Shown one piece after another: positions 63,605-64,000 of a DNA stretch of 64,000 bases; the stretch's first letter is position 1, and each line of letters starts with the position of its first letter. The notes beneath the pieces are model-generated. The model was given only the letters and a program-made list of their open reading frames with translations, had not been told where the DNA came from and searched no databases. A program made the translations under genes and the position numbers. The DNA is from Sphyrna mokarran (lineage: Eukaryota): positions 20,398,001-20,462,000 of the forward strand of contig JAGIQG010000014.1 in NCBI GenBank assembly GCA_024679065.1, read 5' to 3'.

Positions 63605-64000
63605 AAGCTATAAAGAGAGGTTGGATAGGCTTGGGTTGTTTTCTCTGAAGCAGAGAAGTCCGAGGAATTGAGGTATTCAAGATTATGAGGGCAATGAACA
63701 GGGTGGATAGGGAGCAGCTATTCTCCTTAGTTGAAAGGTCAGTTATGCGGGACACAAGTTAAAAGTGAGGGGTGGGACGTTTGGGAAGGATTTGAGGAAA
63801 AACGTTTTTACTCAGAGTGTGGTGATAGTCTGGAATGCATTGCCTAAGAGGGTGGTGGAGGCAGGATGCCTCACATCCTTTAAAAAGTACCTGGATGAAC
63901 ACTTGGCATGCCATAACATTCAATACTATGGGCCAAGTGTTGACAAGTGGGATTAGGTGGATAGGTCGGAGCCTTTCATGCATCGGTGCAGACTCGATGG
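63605..64000 (+). mobile_element. CR1 LINE 3' fragment (runs off window)
   Basis: RGGTFGKDLRKNVFTQSVVIVWNALPKRVVEAG..FKKYLDEHL in ORF 63765-63956. Confidence 0.85.

Overview
This is vertebrate intronic DNA, and the repeat content (HE1/V-type SINEs, CR1/HER1-type LINEs, Deu-domain SINEs) points to a shark or other elasmobranch. I can support only two host coding exons. One is a 96-nt phase-0 exon of DOCK2 on + (17474-17569). The other lies in the following intron on the opposite strand and is the last coding exon of the nested gene INSYN2B/FAM196B (31088-30902). The rest is a layered transposon landscape: CR1, RTE and Gypsy-like fragments, several SINE families, MITE-like elements and a minisatellite. 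The most unusual signals are (i) three Penelope-like element termini built on a minimal hammerhead ribozyme (one intact, one in an inverted-repeat unit with a 9-bp TSD, one folded into an 86-bp-arm palindrome with a 12-bp TSD) and (ii) a CR1 lineage carrying a V-SINE core in its 3' UTR in three independent copies. I found no evidence of a novel multi-gene system. Family and gene names come from recalled sequences rather than database searches, and most repeat boundaries are approximate.
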